Positions 33,975 through 45,534 of a stretch of 64,000 nucleotides of DNA are shown here, piece after piece; within the stretch, counting starts at the first letter, position 1; each line of letters opens with the position of its first letter. The stretch covers positions 496,001-560,000 of the forward strand of contig OZ037846.1 of the NCBI GenBank assembly GCA_964035575.1, given 5' to 3'. Below the pieces are notes generated by a model that was not told the DNA's origin, ran no database searches, and saw nothing but the letters and a program-made list of their open reading frames with translations. Both the position numbers and the translations under genes were made by a program. The DNA is from Rhynchopus sp. YZ270_cl-10 (taxonomy: Eukaryota).

Positions 33975-35708
33975 CTACTTCACGGAACACATCTGAGGGC
34001 AACACACAACACTGCACGTCCCAGAAGGAACTGCGTTTGCTGGTGTGCCAACCCCTCCCGCAGCTGTCCATGCCATAGCAACGTCAAGGTCAGACTGCTC
34101 ACCACGTAGGTACCCACGCACGGCAATGTTGTACTCCTCCCAATGCTTCTTCCCACCTATCATGTACATCCACTCGTCAGCTGAAACTGCTGTGTCCTCT
34201 TCTTTCGCAATCAGTTCCGCCACAACCTGTGCCTCACAGCCAGAAGCAACCTCCACCTTGCACGGAAGCAGACGCAGCTGGTGTTCGCACTCAGCATCGC
34301 TGAAGCACATCCTGTTGCACACCACATCACACCCCAGCATACGCCCCACACGTTCCAGCCCGTTCACATCACGCACAAGCTCCCCCACCATGCTGAACCG
34401 ACGCATCACCTCGCAACCCATGTCACCACGCAGCACCTTCCCAGTCGCAACACCAGCATTCACCTTCTCACAAAAGCTGCTCGCACCCTTCAGAAGCAGG
34501 CTTGCTGCATGCAGTGCAGATGTGGCATGTGTCGCACACTGCTTCGAGGCGTTGAACGAACAGTGGATCCTGTCCCCGATGAACACGTCCACCATCCCAC
34601 GTCTTGTCTCTGTTGCCTGCAGGGTCTTCAGGAGGAGAGTGGTGAAGAAGGAGGAGTAGGTCGCACTGTCCTTCTCCAGCAAATGCAAGGTGTCCTTCAC
34701 GTTCAGTGTCAGCAGGGTTGTCTTGACCGAGGACAGACCCAGTGGCAGGCACACTGGCAAGTTTGATACTCTCGAATGATAGGACTCTGTGGATGTACCC
34801 GAACACTCTACCACGTCGCCGTCTTCACTATCTGCCTGCATCGTCTTGCCCACCTCATCCTGAAACGGCAGACACGTCTTCGGGAGGTACGCTTTGTACA
34901 TGCGCAGGTTCTTCTCCAGTCTCCACAGGGCAGCAGTCATCCCCTCAGGCAGGTCACCCCCATGCACGTCCAGCATCTCCGCCACCTGCTCCACGTCGTA
35001 CCCCGCAAGAAGCGACGCAATCTCCTGCACAACGCTGATCGTGCGCCTCATTGACTCCTGCTCCTTCAGCACATTGTGCGCAAACCTGCGTGTTACCAAG
35101 AAGTCCACCACGAAGACAGCAAGAGTGGAAAGGGAGCCAAATACGGAAAACGATGTCGCGCAGGGAAGGAACTCGCAGTCTGCTTTTTCTATAACCGCCG
35201 CTCTCCTGCTGTGCGCACCTTCGTACGGTGGCAACCCAGGGATGTCAAACAAGCCAAACCTGAAGGATTCCTCACATGCCATCAGGAGAAGCCACACCAC
35301 TGTCGCACCCACGAAACCTGCACTGCATCGTTCTGGCACTTGCATCACAAGCAACATGTCCACAACCAGGATCAGAATTGGCCAGGCAAAGTAATCATAC
35401 GTGCGTGCGTGCCAGTCCCACAAGCAGATTCCAATGCCAACGAGGTACATGATGCCCACCACAAACGTGGTGTGCAGTTGCTGCTTGCAGAGCACCTTAA
35501 CAATGCCAACAAACCCAGCTGTGACGATGGAGCAGGACCCGAGCATGTTAACAATCCGGTGTTGCATTCTCTTCTCCTTAAAAAATGCCGAAGCAACCAA
35601 AGTCGCCACAGCTGCATACACACAGAACGCAAACATGATGGTGCGCATCTTCGCCTCGACAGCACTGAGAGACCCGTCAATGGTCAGTGCGCTGTTCAGG
35701 CACCGCAT
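33975..35708 (-). CDS. Multi-TM class III nucleotidyl cyclase-like protein, copy 2
   Basis: Paralog of 19989-21728 with near-identical C-terminal half. Confidence 0.85.
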   Translation of the reverse strand: MRCLNSALTIDGSLSAVEAKMRTIMFAFCVYAAVATLVASAFFKEKRMQHRIVNMLGSCSIVTAGFVGIVKVLCKQQLHTTFVVGIMYLVGIGICLWDWHARTYDYFAWPILILVVDMLLVMQVPERCSAGFVGATVVWLLLMACEESFRFGLFDIPGLPPYEGAHSRRAAVIEKADCEFLPCATSFSVFGSLSTLAVFVVDFLVTRRFAHNVLKEQESMRRTISVVQEIASLLAGYDVEQVAEMLDVHGGDLPEGMTAALWRLEKNLRMYKAYLPKTCLPFQDEVGKTMQADSEDGDVVECSGTSTESYHSRVSNLPVCLPLGLSSVKTTLLTLNVKDTLHLLEKDSATYSSFFTTLLLKTLQATETRRGMVDVFIGDRIHCSFNASKQCATHATSALHAASLLLKGASSFCEKVNAGVATGKVLRGDMGCEVMRRFSMVGELVRDVNGLERVGRMLGCDVVCNRMCFSDAECEHQLRLLPCKVEVASGCEAQVVAELIAKEEDTAVSADEWMYMIGGKKHWEEYNIAVRGYLRGEQSDLDVAMAWTAAGGVGTPANAVPSGTCSVVCCPQMCSVK

Positions 35709-36211
35709 CGTTGGGCTTTTGATCCTCACAAACCTTTGCTATGTGTGGAGCAGGGGTGTGTGATGTGTGTTGTGTGCACTGGTGGGTGGTGTGGGTACAG
35801 TGTTGGGAGATAGATGTGACCACCACAATCGGGGTACTTTGCACAGAACTTAATCTCACACGGGACAGGGTTCGCATTTTAGTGAACACGATTGTTTTGG
35901 TGATGGTGTGTCGGAGTAAATAGTGTGCGGAGCAGGGGACGTCAGGTGGGATCAAGACGTACTCTCTGACGTGCGTGCATCGCGGAGACTAAAGGGAGTA
36001 TGGCGAGGATAATAGTACAATTTCTCCCCCTTTTTTTGTGCAAAATGTGTGAAAACAGTGAGACTCGCCGTGTGCCATGTGTTCATAGGCGTCGTCCTTC
36101 GCGTCCACCTCGGCCTTCTTCTCCATAAGTGTCGTGGATTGAAAAACGTTGCCTTTCTGCTATTGAACATGAAGCAAGCGCCAGATGTAAATCTGAGCAA
36201 ACACAACAGTG

Positions 36212-37945
36212 CTACTTCACGGAACAGATCTGAGGGCAACACACAACACTGCACGTCCCAGAAGGAACTGCGTGTGCTGGTGTGCCAACCCCTCCCGCAG
36301 CTGTCCATGCCATAGCAACGTCAAGGTCAGACTGCTCACCACGTAGGTACCCACGCACGGCAATGTTGTACTCCTCCCAATGCTTCTTCCCACCTATCAT
36401 GTACATCCACTCGTCAGCTGAAACTGCCGTGTCCTCTTCTTTCGCAATCAGTTCCGCCACAACCTGTGCCTCACAGCCAGAAGCAACCTCCACCTTGCAC
36501 GGAAGCAGACGCAGCTGGTGTTCGCACTCAGCATCGCTGAAGCACATCCTGTTGCACACCACATCACACCCCAGCATACGCCCCACACGTTCCAGCCCGT
36601 TCACATCACGCACAAGCTCCCCCACCATGCTGAACCGACGCATCACCTCACAACCCATGTCACCACGCAGCACCTTCCCAGTCGCAACACCAGCATTCAC
36701 CTTCTCACAAAAGCTGCTCGCACCCTTCAGAAGCAGGCTTGCTGCATGCAGTGCAGATGTGGCATGTGTCGCACACTGCTTCGAGGCGTTGAACGAACAG
36801 TGGATCCTGTCCCCGATGAACACGTCCACCATCCCACGTTTTGTCTCTGTTGCCTGCAGGGTCTTCAGGAGGAGAGTGGTGAAGAAGGAGGAGTAGGTCG
36901 CACTGTCCTTCTCCAGCAAATGCAGGGTGTCCTTCACGTTCAGTGTCAGCAGGGTTGTCTTCACCGAGGACAGACCCAGTGGCAGGCACACTGGCAAGTT
37001 CACACTTCTCGAATGTGAGGACTCTGTGGATGTGACTGCTGTCTCTGTCAGGTCACTCCCTTCGCTCTCTGAGTCCATCCTCTCCACCTCATCCTGAAAA
37101 GGCAGACACGTCTTCGGGAGGTACGCTTTGTACATGCGCAGGTTCTTCTCCAGTCTCCACAGGGCAGCAGTCATCCCCTCAGGCAGGTCACCCCCATGCA
37201 CGTCCAGCATCTCCGCCACCTGCTCCACGTCGTACCCCGCAAGAAGCGACGCAATCTCCTGCACAACGCTGATCGTGCGCCTCATTGACTCCTGCTCCTT
37301 CAGCACGTTGCGCGCAAACCTGCGTGTCACGAAGAAGTCGATCAGGAAGACAGCAAGGGAGGAAAGGGAGCCATGTGGGGGAAATGGTGTCTTGCAGGGA
37401 AGGAACTCGCAGTCTGCCTTTTCGATAGCCGCCGCTCTCCTGCTGTGTTCACCTTCGTACGGCAACAACCCAGGAAGGTCAAATAGGCCAAACCTGAAGG
37501 ATTCCTCACATGCCATCAGGAGAAGCCACACCACTGTCGCACCCACGAACCATACACTGTACCGTGATGGGACTTGCATCACAAGCAACATGTCCACGAG
37601 TAAGATCAGTATTGGCCAGGTAAGGTATTCATTAGTACGTGCGTCCAAATCCCACAAGCAGATTCCAATGACAAATAAGTACATGATGCCCACCACAAAC
37701 GTGGTGTGCAGTTGCTGCTTGCAGAGCACCTTAACAATGACAACAGACGCAGCTGTGACGAATATGCAAGAGCCTACTTCGTGAACAAGCCGGTCTTGTA
37801 TGCCATTCTTCTGCTCCTGAAGCAAAGAAAAAACAACAGTCAAGACAGCTGCGTACACACAGAACGCAAACATGGTGGTGCGCTTCTTCACCTCGTCAGC
37901 ACTGAGAGACCCGTCAATGGTCAGTGCGCTGTTCAGGCACCGCAT
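36212..37945 (-). CDS. Multi-TM class III nucleotidyl cyclase-like protein, copy 3
   Basis: Paralog with intact ORF. Confidence 0.85.
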   Translation of the reverse strand: MRCLNSALTIDGSLSADEVKKRTTMFAFCVYAAVLTVVFSLLQEQKNGIQDRLVHEVGSCIFVTAASVVIVKVLCKQQLHTTFVVGIMYLFVIGICLWDLDARTNEYLTWPILILLVDMLLVMQVPSRYSVWFVGATVVWLLLMACEESFRFGLFDLPGLLPYEGEHSRRAAAIEKADCEFLPCKTPFPPHGSLSSLAVFLIDFFVTRRFARNVLKEQESMRRTISVVQEIASLLAGYDVEQVAEMLDVHGGDLPEGMTAALWRLEKNLRMYKAYLPKTCLPFQDEVERMDSESEGSDLTETAVTSTESSHSRSVNLPVCLPLGLSSVKTTLLTLNVKDTLHLLEKDSATYSSFFTTLLLKTLQATETKRGMVDVFIGDRIHCSFNASKQCATHATSALHAASLLLKGASSFCEKVNAGVATGKVLRGDMGCEVMRRFSMVGELVRDVNGLERVGRMLGCDVVCNRMCFSDAECEHQLRLLPCKVEVASGCEAQVVAELIAKEEDTAVSADEWMYMIGGKKHWEEYNIAVRGYLRGEQSDLDVAMAWTAAGGVGTPAHAVPSGTCSVVCCPQICSVK

Positions 37946-38164
37946 CGTTGGGCTTTTGATCCTCACAAACCTTTGCTGTGTGTGGAGCAGGGGTGTGTGG
38001 ATGTGTGTTGTGTGCACTGGTGGGTGGTGTGGGTTCAGTGTTGGGAGATGGACGTAACCACCACAATAGGGGTACTTTGCACAGAACTTAATCTCACACG
38101 GTACAGGGTGCGCATTTTAGTGGACACGGCTGTTTTGGTGATGGTGTGGGAGTACAGACAGTAG

Positions 38165-38885
38165 AAGGCGGAGTGGAGGACCAGCAAAGTCACAGCCGAG
38201 GCGCCTCTGGCTGGTTTGCCCAGAGACATAAACGAAGACTACGTGGTCACGAAGTTCGCCGACGTTCCGTTTGAGATACGCGACAGTCTCCTCAGTTCTG
38301 GGATGACAAGCAACGATGGTGTCCTGTGGTGTTCCCTTTGCAGCACCGTCATAAATCACTAGGAGTCAATCGTGGATAAGAACCACCAGAGCAAAGCACA
38401 CGCTTCAAAGAAGCCGCTTTCGCTTGCTCCCACGACGGCGACGACGCGCGCATCCGCGGCAAGGACGCAAGCCGTCTTCTCCCATCGTGTCGCCCGAGGC
38501 CTTCATCGGGCCAGTTCCCTTGGAGTCCTTATTACAGGATTGACGTCCCAGCAGGCAGCTAGCTTGCCTCAACTTCGCACCATTTTTCGCAACCCCATCT
38601 GGTTCGTTGAGGAAACGCAGCAGCTCATCCGGGGGGGGGGAAATTCAGGAAAAGCTGTGGCATTATATTCACCCGGCAGCGCGTTGCGAGCCGTGTGTGC
38701 ATTCATTGGAGAGTCGATACTTCTCTTGGTAAAGGCGCCACAAAAGACGGTGAATGCGACCGCGGTGACGATGTGCATGCAACGTTGGAAGAGGCCCGTG
38801 AGTACTACGGCATACACCGCAGCACTGTGTTGGCTGACTTTGGGAGTATCAACTGCAAAGCAGTGTCGGCAGTGAAGAGGGGGCG
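38165..38885 (+). pseudogene. Decayed CGGBP/hAT-like transposase fragment
   Basis: In-frame DGVLWCSLCSTVINH*ESIVDKNHQSKAH resembles the CGGBP-type C2H2 finger. Internal stop and apparent downstream frameshifts. Confidence 0.5.
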
Positions 38886-39284
38886 TGGTGTCAGAACACA
38901 GCACAGTCTTAACGTAGCGGGACTGTATAATATCCGCCTCACACACTTCACAAAGGGTATGATGTACCTTGTCTGGAGGTGACATTGTACACCTGTTGCT
39001 TGGTGTTGAATAACGTCGCCTTTGTGCTGCAGAAACACAGAAACACAGAGACTGATGCAGAGATGTGTCACAACGACGTCGTGCACTCTCGTTGGGTAAG
39101 AACACCACATTCTCATCTTGTTCATCACTCGATAAATGACGGTGGGCTTTACATTTCGTGGAATCATGAATTCGACACAGATTGGTACTAAACTGGACCG
39201 AACATTTCCCAAACACAGTTATCAAGAAAGGTCTGTTGAACGTGAAGCAAGTGCCAGATGTAAATCTGAGCAAACACAACAGTG

Positions 39285-41021
39285 CTACTTCACGGAACAG
39301 ATCTGAGAGCAACACACAACACTGCACGTCCCAGAAGGAACTGCGTTTGCTGGTGTGCCAACCCCTCCCGCAGCTGTCCATGCCTCAGCAACGTCAAGGT
39401 CAGACTGCTCACCACGCAGGTACCCACGCACGGTAGTGTTGTACTCCTCCCAATGCTTCTTCCCACCTATCATGTACATCCACTCGTCAACTGCTCCTGC
39501 TGGATCACTCAGCTGAGCCATTACTTCCGCCACAACCTGTGCCTCACAACCAGAGGCAACCTCCACCTTGCACGGAAGCAGACGCAGCTGGTGTTCGCAC
39601 TCAGCATCGCTGAAGCACATCCTGTTGCACACCACATCACACCCCAGCATGCGCCCCACACGTTCCAGCCCGTTCACATCACGCACAAGCTCCCCCACCA
39701 TGCTGAACCGACGCATCACCTCACAACCCATGTCACCACGCAGCACCTTCCCAGTCGCAACACCAGCATTCACCTTCTCACAAAAGCTGCTCGCACCCTT
39801 CAGAAGCAGGCTTGCTGCGTGCAGTGCAGATGTGGCATGTGTCGCACACTGCTTCGAGGCGTTGAACGAACAGTGGATCCTGTCCCCGATGAACACGTCC
39901 ACCATCCCACGTCTTGTCTCTGTTGCCTGCAGGGTCTTCAGGAGGAGAGTGGTGAAGAAGGAGGAATAGGTCGCACTGTCCTTCTCCAGCAAATGCAGGG
40001 TGTCCTTCACGTTCAGTGTCAGCAGGGTTGCCTTTACTGAGGACAGACCCAGTGGCAGGCACACTGGCAAGTTCTCATTTCTCGTATGTGAGGACTCTGT
40101 GGATGTATCTGCTGTTTCTGTCACGTCGCCCCCTTCGCTCTCTGAGTCCATCCTCTCCACCTCATCCTGAAAAGGCAGACACGTCTTCGGGAGGTACGCT
40201 TTGTACATGCGCAGGTTCTTCTCCAGTCTCCACAGGGCAGCAGTCATCCCCTCAGGCAGGTCACCCCCATGCACGTCCAGCATCTCCGCCACCTGCTCCA
40301 CGTCGTACCCCGCAAGAAGCGACGCAATCTCCTGCACAACGCTGATCGTGCGTCTCATTGACTCCTGCTCCTTCAGCACATTGTGCGCAAACCTGCGTGT
40401 CACGAAGAAGTCGATCATGAAGACAGCAAGAGTGGAAAACAGGCCAAGTGGGGGAAATGATGTCTTGCAGGGCAAGAACTCGCAGTCTGCCTTTTCCAAA
40501 ATCACCGCTCTCCTGCCGTGCTCACCTTCGTACGGCAACAACCCAGGAAGGTCAAACAAGCCAAACCTGAAGGATTCCTCACATGCCATCAGGAGAAGCC
40601 ACACCACTGTCGCACCCACGAACCATGCACTGTACCGTGATGGGACTTGCATCACAAGCAACATGTCCACAACCAGGATTATAATTGGCCAGGCAAAGTA
40701 ACTATAAGTGCGTGAGTGCAAATCCCACAAGCAGACACCTACGCTGAAAGAGTAGATATACCCCACCACAAACGTGGTGTGCAGTTGCTGCTTGCAGAGC
40801 ACCTTCACAATGGCAACAAACCCAAGGATGACAACTATGCAAGACCCGAGTTCGCTAACCATCCGGTGTTGCACGTCAATCTTCTGTCCCTGGGTCAGCA
40901 AAGCAAAAACAACAGGCAAGACAGCTGAAACCACACAGAACACAAACATGATGGTGCGCTTCTTCACCTCGTCAGCACTGAGAGACCCGTCAATGGTCAG
41001 TGCGCTGTTCAGGCACCGCAT
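39285..41021 (-). CDS. Multi-TM class III nucleotidyl cyclase-like protein, copy 4
   Basis: Paralog with intact ORF. Confidence 0.85.
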   Translation of the reverse strand: MRCLNSALTIDGSLSADEVKKRTIMFVFCVVSAVLPVVFALLTQGQKIDVQHRMVSELGSCIVVILGFVAIVKVLCKQQLHTTFVVGYIYSFSVGVCLWDLHSRTYSYFAWPIIILVVDMLLVMQVPSRYSAWFVGATVVWLLLMACEESFRFGLFDLPGLLPYEGEHGRRAVILEKADCEFLPCKTSFPPLGLFSTLAVFMIDFFVTRRFAHNVLKEQESMRRTISVVQEIASLLAGYDVEQVAEMLDVHGGDLPEGMTAALWRLEKNLRMYKAYLPKTCLPFQDEVERMDSESEGGDVTETADTSTESSHTRNENLPVCLPLGLSSVKATLLTLNVKDTLHLLEKDSATYSSFFTTLLLKTLQATETRRGMVDVFIGDRIHCSFNASKQCATHATSALHAASLLLKGASSFCEKVNAGVATGKVLRGDMGCEVMRRFSMVGELVRDVNGLERVGRMLGCDVVCNRMCFSDAECEHQLRLLPCKVEVASGCEAQVVAEVMAQLSDPAGAVDEWMYMIGGKKHWEEYNTTVRGYLRGEQSDLDVAEAWTAAGGVGTPANAVPSGTCSVVCCSQICSVK

Positions 41022-41861
41022 CGTTGGGCTTTTGATCCTCACAAGCCTTTGCTATGTGTGGAGCAGGGGTGTGTGGATGTGTGTTGTGTGCACTGGTGGG
41101 TGGTGTGGGTTCAGTGTCGGGAGATGGACGTGACCACCACAATCGGGATACTTTGCACAGAACTTAATCTCACACGGGAGAGGGTGCGCATTTTAGTGAA
41201 CACGATTGTTTTGGTGATGGTGTGTCGTAGTAAATAGTGTGTGGAGCAGCGGACGTCAGGTGGGATCAAGACGTACTCTCTGCCGTGCGTGCATCGCGGA
41301 GACTAAGGGGAGTATGGCGAGATAACAGTACAATTGCTCCCCCTTTTTTTGTGCAAAATGTGTGGAAACAGTGAAAACATGGCATACATCCTTGCAGACC
41401 CATCCCCGTTCCGCGTATAAGACCCCACTATGACCACCAGCAGCACCTCTGCCAGTCTGCAAGGGTCATGTGCCGTGTTGTCTTTTTCGTCTTTCGCTGC
41501 AGTGTTGCTTTCTTCCTTCTCATTGCGTCGGTGCGCACGCTTCATGGATAAGGAGAGGTTGTGTGAATGTGGTGAAACGCACACACCTCGACCCGTCGGT
41601 GAAGTGTGGCTCTACTCCAACCCGCCCCGGATTAGAAAAATGGAAAAAAGGAAGGGTGTTCAATTTCCTTTTAGCATTGCATGTAATCAACAGTACTCTA
41701 TTCCTTTTTTAGGAGGAAAAGAGGGGGGTTTTGAAAGTTTGTTTGTTTTGTATTTGTTTTTGCTTTTGCTTTGGAAAAAGGGAGGGGGGAAAGGGGGTGT
41801 TGGTGCTTACCTGGAAAGGCGAAACCTGACTGCAGACAAATCGCTATGCAGTGGGGGGGGT

Positions 41862-44156
41862 TAGGGGGTTCCACGTATAAGGAAATCCTTAAGGACTTGC
41901 TGTCCAAAACCCATTTTTTTGAAATTTCGGTGAAGAAACCCACTAAAATGGGCGTGCCTGGCCGCAAATCGCCCTGGGGATCACCCATATATCCCAATAA
42001 ACCACCTGACGACCTTCACAGAGCATTTCTTGTCTCAAAAAAATCGATTTTTTGTGAAAAAAAGCCCAAAAACCGCGTCACGTTTGCGTCACGCTTGGTG
42101 ACCAAAATTTAACACTTGCCAAGAAATTTCTCCAATCAGACAAAAATCCTTCTAAACACCCGAAAAACACCTCAGTCCACTTCTTCTGGGGTCCCAGGGT
42201 GGAAATATATGGTTTTTGCAGCGTTTAGGGGTCCTGGGAGGGTCCCAGACGTATTCATGAGGGACGGAACCGCTTATAATGCCCGAAATTACCTCTTTTT
42301 TAGGGTGCTTTTTCACCTTAAAAATTCAAAAAAAAGCCCCTCGGAACTACTCGCCAGACCCCCTGCGGGGTGGAGAATCATATTTGCGATCACTTTTTGG
42401 GCTATTTTTCCCAAAATAACCTCATGTTACACTTATGTTACACTTGTCCCAAAATGGGGTATTTTGGCCTATTTTGGGACAAGTGGGACAAAAGTGGGAC
42501 ACGGGGTTATTTTGGGCAAAATAGCCCAAAAAGTGATCGCAAATATGATTCTCCACCCCGCAGGGGGTCTGGCGAGTAGTTCCGAGGGGGTTTGGACACT
42601 TCTGTGATTGTCTGAGCACTTTTTTTTGAATTTTTAAGGTGAAAAAGCACCCTAAAAAAGAGGTAATTTCGGGCATTATAAGCGGTTCCGTCCCTCATGA
42701 ATACGTCTGGGACCCTCCCAGGACCCCTAAACGCTGCAAAAACCATATGGGAGCGTCCGCGAAAGACCCGCCCCTAAAGCTAACATCCATGCTTATTGGT
42801 ATTTCACTAATTAAAATTTTGGTATTTTATAAGATTTTTTTTTTAAATGAACTCAGAGTTAAGTTTCTGAGTTCATTAAAAAAAAAAATCGGTGAAAAAT
42901 TCCGAGTAGGTATTAATTTAGATAGGAAAAGCTATGTCAACAGCTATGTGTCCCCTTATTTTACCTGTAAATACTAAGGATATACAAGGAAATCCTCACA
43001 AACACCCATATAACCACCCACAGAACAACACAACAGGGGGAAATGGAATCAGCAGCCAAAGCATTCGCTCAGGAGCTGAAAACCCGGCCTTTCCGAGTCC
43101 TAAAAAACTTCGCCGAGCTGCAGGTGTATGCAGGGGTTCACTGGCAGGGGGACAAAGGGTGGGACGCGAGGAGCTGGATGCGCGAGGTGTGGAGCTCGAA
43201 GCATATGTCTCTCCATATGCAGAAGAGAACCACCAGGAGAAAAGGGGTGTCAGCCGTTTACTACTCCTGTAGTTGCATCACCGGCACCCCAGGAGGACAA
43301 TGAGAGCGAGACGGAGGAGGAAGAGGAGGAACAGGCGGACAATTGTCTGTAACTCTTGGAGAGACTCATCACGGAGGTCAATAGGGTCACTCAAAAAAGG
43401 GGGGTTTCTGCGAGAAAGTCGGCGTCGCCGCAGACGACCCGGATCGTGAAGCTCTTTCGCGCTCTATTTAGAGTGTTCGGAGGGGGCGACAAGCCTCCAC
43501 CCCCCTTCCCCCCCCCCCCCCCCCCCCCTTTTTGGTAATGGGTTTAGAGACAGATATTAGTGAATTCCTTCCTATATCCTTAGTATTTACAGGTAAAATA
43601 AGGGGACACATAGCTGTTGACATAGCTTTTCCTATCTAAATTAATACCTTCTCGGAATTTTTCACTGATTTTTTTTTTAATGAACTCAGAAACTTAACTC
43701 TGAGTTCATTCAAAAAAAAAGATCTTATAAAATACCAAAATTTTAATTAGTGAAATACCAATAAGCATGGATGTTAGCTTTAGGGGGGGGTCTTTCGCGG
43801 ACGCTGCCATATATTTCCACCCTGGGACCCCAGCGGATGTGGACTGAGGTGTTTTTCGGGTGTTTAAAAGGAGTTTTGTCTGATTGGAGAAATTTCTTGG
43901 CAAGTGTTAAATTTTGGCCCCCAAGCGTTACGCAAGCGTTACGCAAGCGTTACGCAATTTTGGGGTGTTTTTTCACAAAAAATCGATTTTTTTGAGACAA
44001 GAAATGCTCTGTGAAGGTCGTCAGGTGGTTTATTGGGATATATGGGTGATCCCCAGGGCGATTTGCGGCCAGGCACGCCCATTTTAGTGGGTTTCTTCAC
44101 CGAAATTTCAAAAAAATGGGTTTTGGACAGCAAAACGCCCTTGGTGGAACCCCCTA
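41862..44156. mobile_element. Foldback-type (Mutator-like) element with nested inverted repeats
   Basis: Ends TAGGGGGTTCCAC/GTGGAACCCCCTA. Arms about 41894-42212 vs 43807-44133 and 42751-42985 vs 43572-43806. Internal palindrome 42207-42748. TSD GTGGGGGGGGT is restored once the adjacent insertion is removed. Confidence 0.85.
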
Positions 44157-44158
44157 GT

Positions 44159-44994
44159 CATAGGTGCCCGGCGAGTTAAAACAACTCGGCAACTCGCCCA
44201 AATTCGCCCAACAACTCGCCCATTTTTTTTGGGCGAGTTGTTTTTTTTTGGGATTTTTTATACACAGGTACACAGGTACACAGGTACACAGGTACACAGG
44301 TACACAGGTACACAGGTACACAGGTACACAGGTACACAGGTACACAGGTACACAGGTACACAGGTACACAGGTACACAGGTACACAGGTACACAGGTACA
44401 CAGGTACACGGTGGTTTTGTGTATCCCAAAGGAAGTCGTCGCCCAAAGCATTTTGACTAAACGTGCGAACGTTGCGAACCTGTAATCGATAGCAGACAGG
44501 AAAAGAGGATGAGCAGGCAGCGCCTGCCCGACCTGTGTGAAGTGAATCCGTGATTGCCTGACAGATGTCTGGGGAACCGTGTGTTCTGTGTGGGTAGCCA
44601 TGTACGGAGTATATCCCATTCCCCCCAGCAATTACCAAAAACCGTGAGTGTGCACGGTGACCCATGGACCACCGCGACCTAGTTACCACCTATGACTAGT
44701 CATATGACAAGGTGCATGTAATGAGTGGCGTTTGGCCTTAGCCCTGGTTGTTTTTCTTGAGATTATGTGTTGTACCAACGTTACATGTGTGTAACCTTAC
44801 AACGTCCCCTCCCATCCCTGTATGTTTTTGCCTGTATAAATGGGCGAGTTGTGGCCGAGTTGTGGGCGAGTTGTGCCGAGTATAGGGCGAGTTGTGGCGA
44901 GTATAGGGCGAGTTGTGCGAGTTTTGGGCGAGTTGTTTGGTAAAATCGTGGAGTTCGGACAACTCGCCCAAAAACGACTCGGCCGGCACCTATG
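44159..44994. mobile_element. Non-autonomous TIR element with CATAG ends and 6-bp TSD
   Basis: CATAGGTGCC/GGCACCTATG ends. TSD CCTAGT at 44153-44158 and 44995-45000. Inverted GGGCGAGTT subterminal repeats and (TACACAGG)x18 at 44261-44404. Confidence 0.8.
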
Positions 44995-45534
44995 CCTAGT
45001 GGGGGGGGTGGTGGGTTCTGACGTTTCCATGTCAGAAACAGGCACCCAAGCAACTATGTTTTATGCGTTTGATATGTTTCCTCACCCAGATGACACCTAA
45101 ATTGTGGAGTTATACAGCACCGCAGTTCTTAGGAAATAATAAAAACTGGAGGGACGGATCAAAGGATTGGAATGATGTGTACTTCGGAAATAAAAGCCCT
45201 TCTCTTTTTTCTGTCTCGACCCATCTAAGGGGGGTACGTAAGTTTGTGTATAAGTGTGTAAAAATTGACCGGCCCTTTGGGTGTTTGCAAAAAAATAACG
45301 TACCGAGCAAAATTGCCAAAAAATCTACGTCGGTAGCAATCCAGCGCGACCCCTGGAAAAAGGATGTCTCTTTTTCTTTTTTTCTTTTTTTGATAAATTG
45401 TTGGAGTAGTGTAGTTGCCTCGGGTGTGTGTTGCCACAGTTGTGCAATCACCACTGTATTTTTTTTTGTGAATAGCTATCCCGAGGTTGCGCTACACACA
45501 ATAGTAGTAACCCCCTTCTCCTCTCCGCTCCCCT

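Noticed and set aside
33505..34071. 189-aa N-terminal extension of the cathepsin ORF
   Set aside because: The signal peptide starts at ATG 33504. The extension overlaps the neighbouring gene end and a duplicated spacer.
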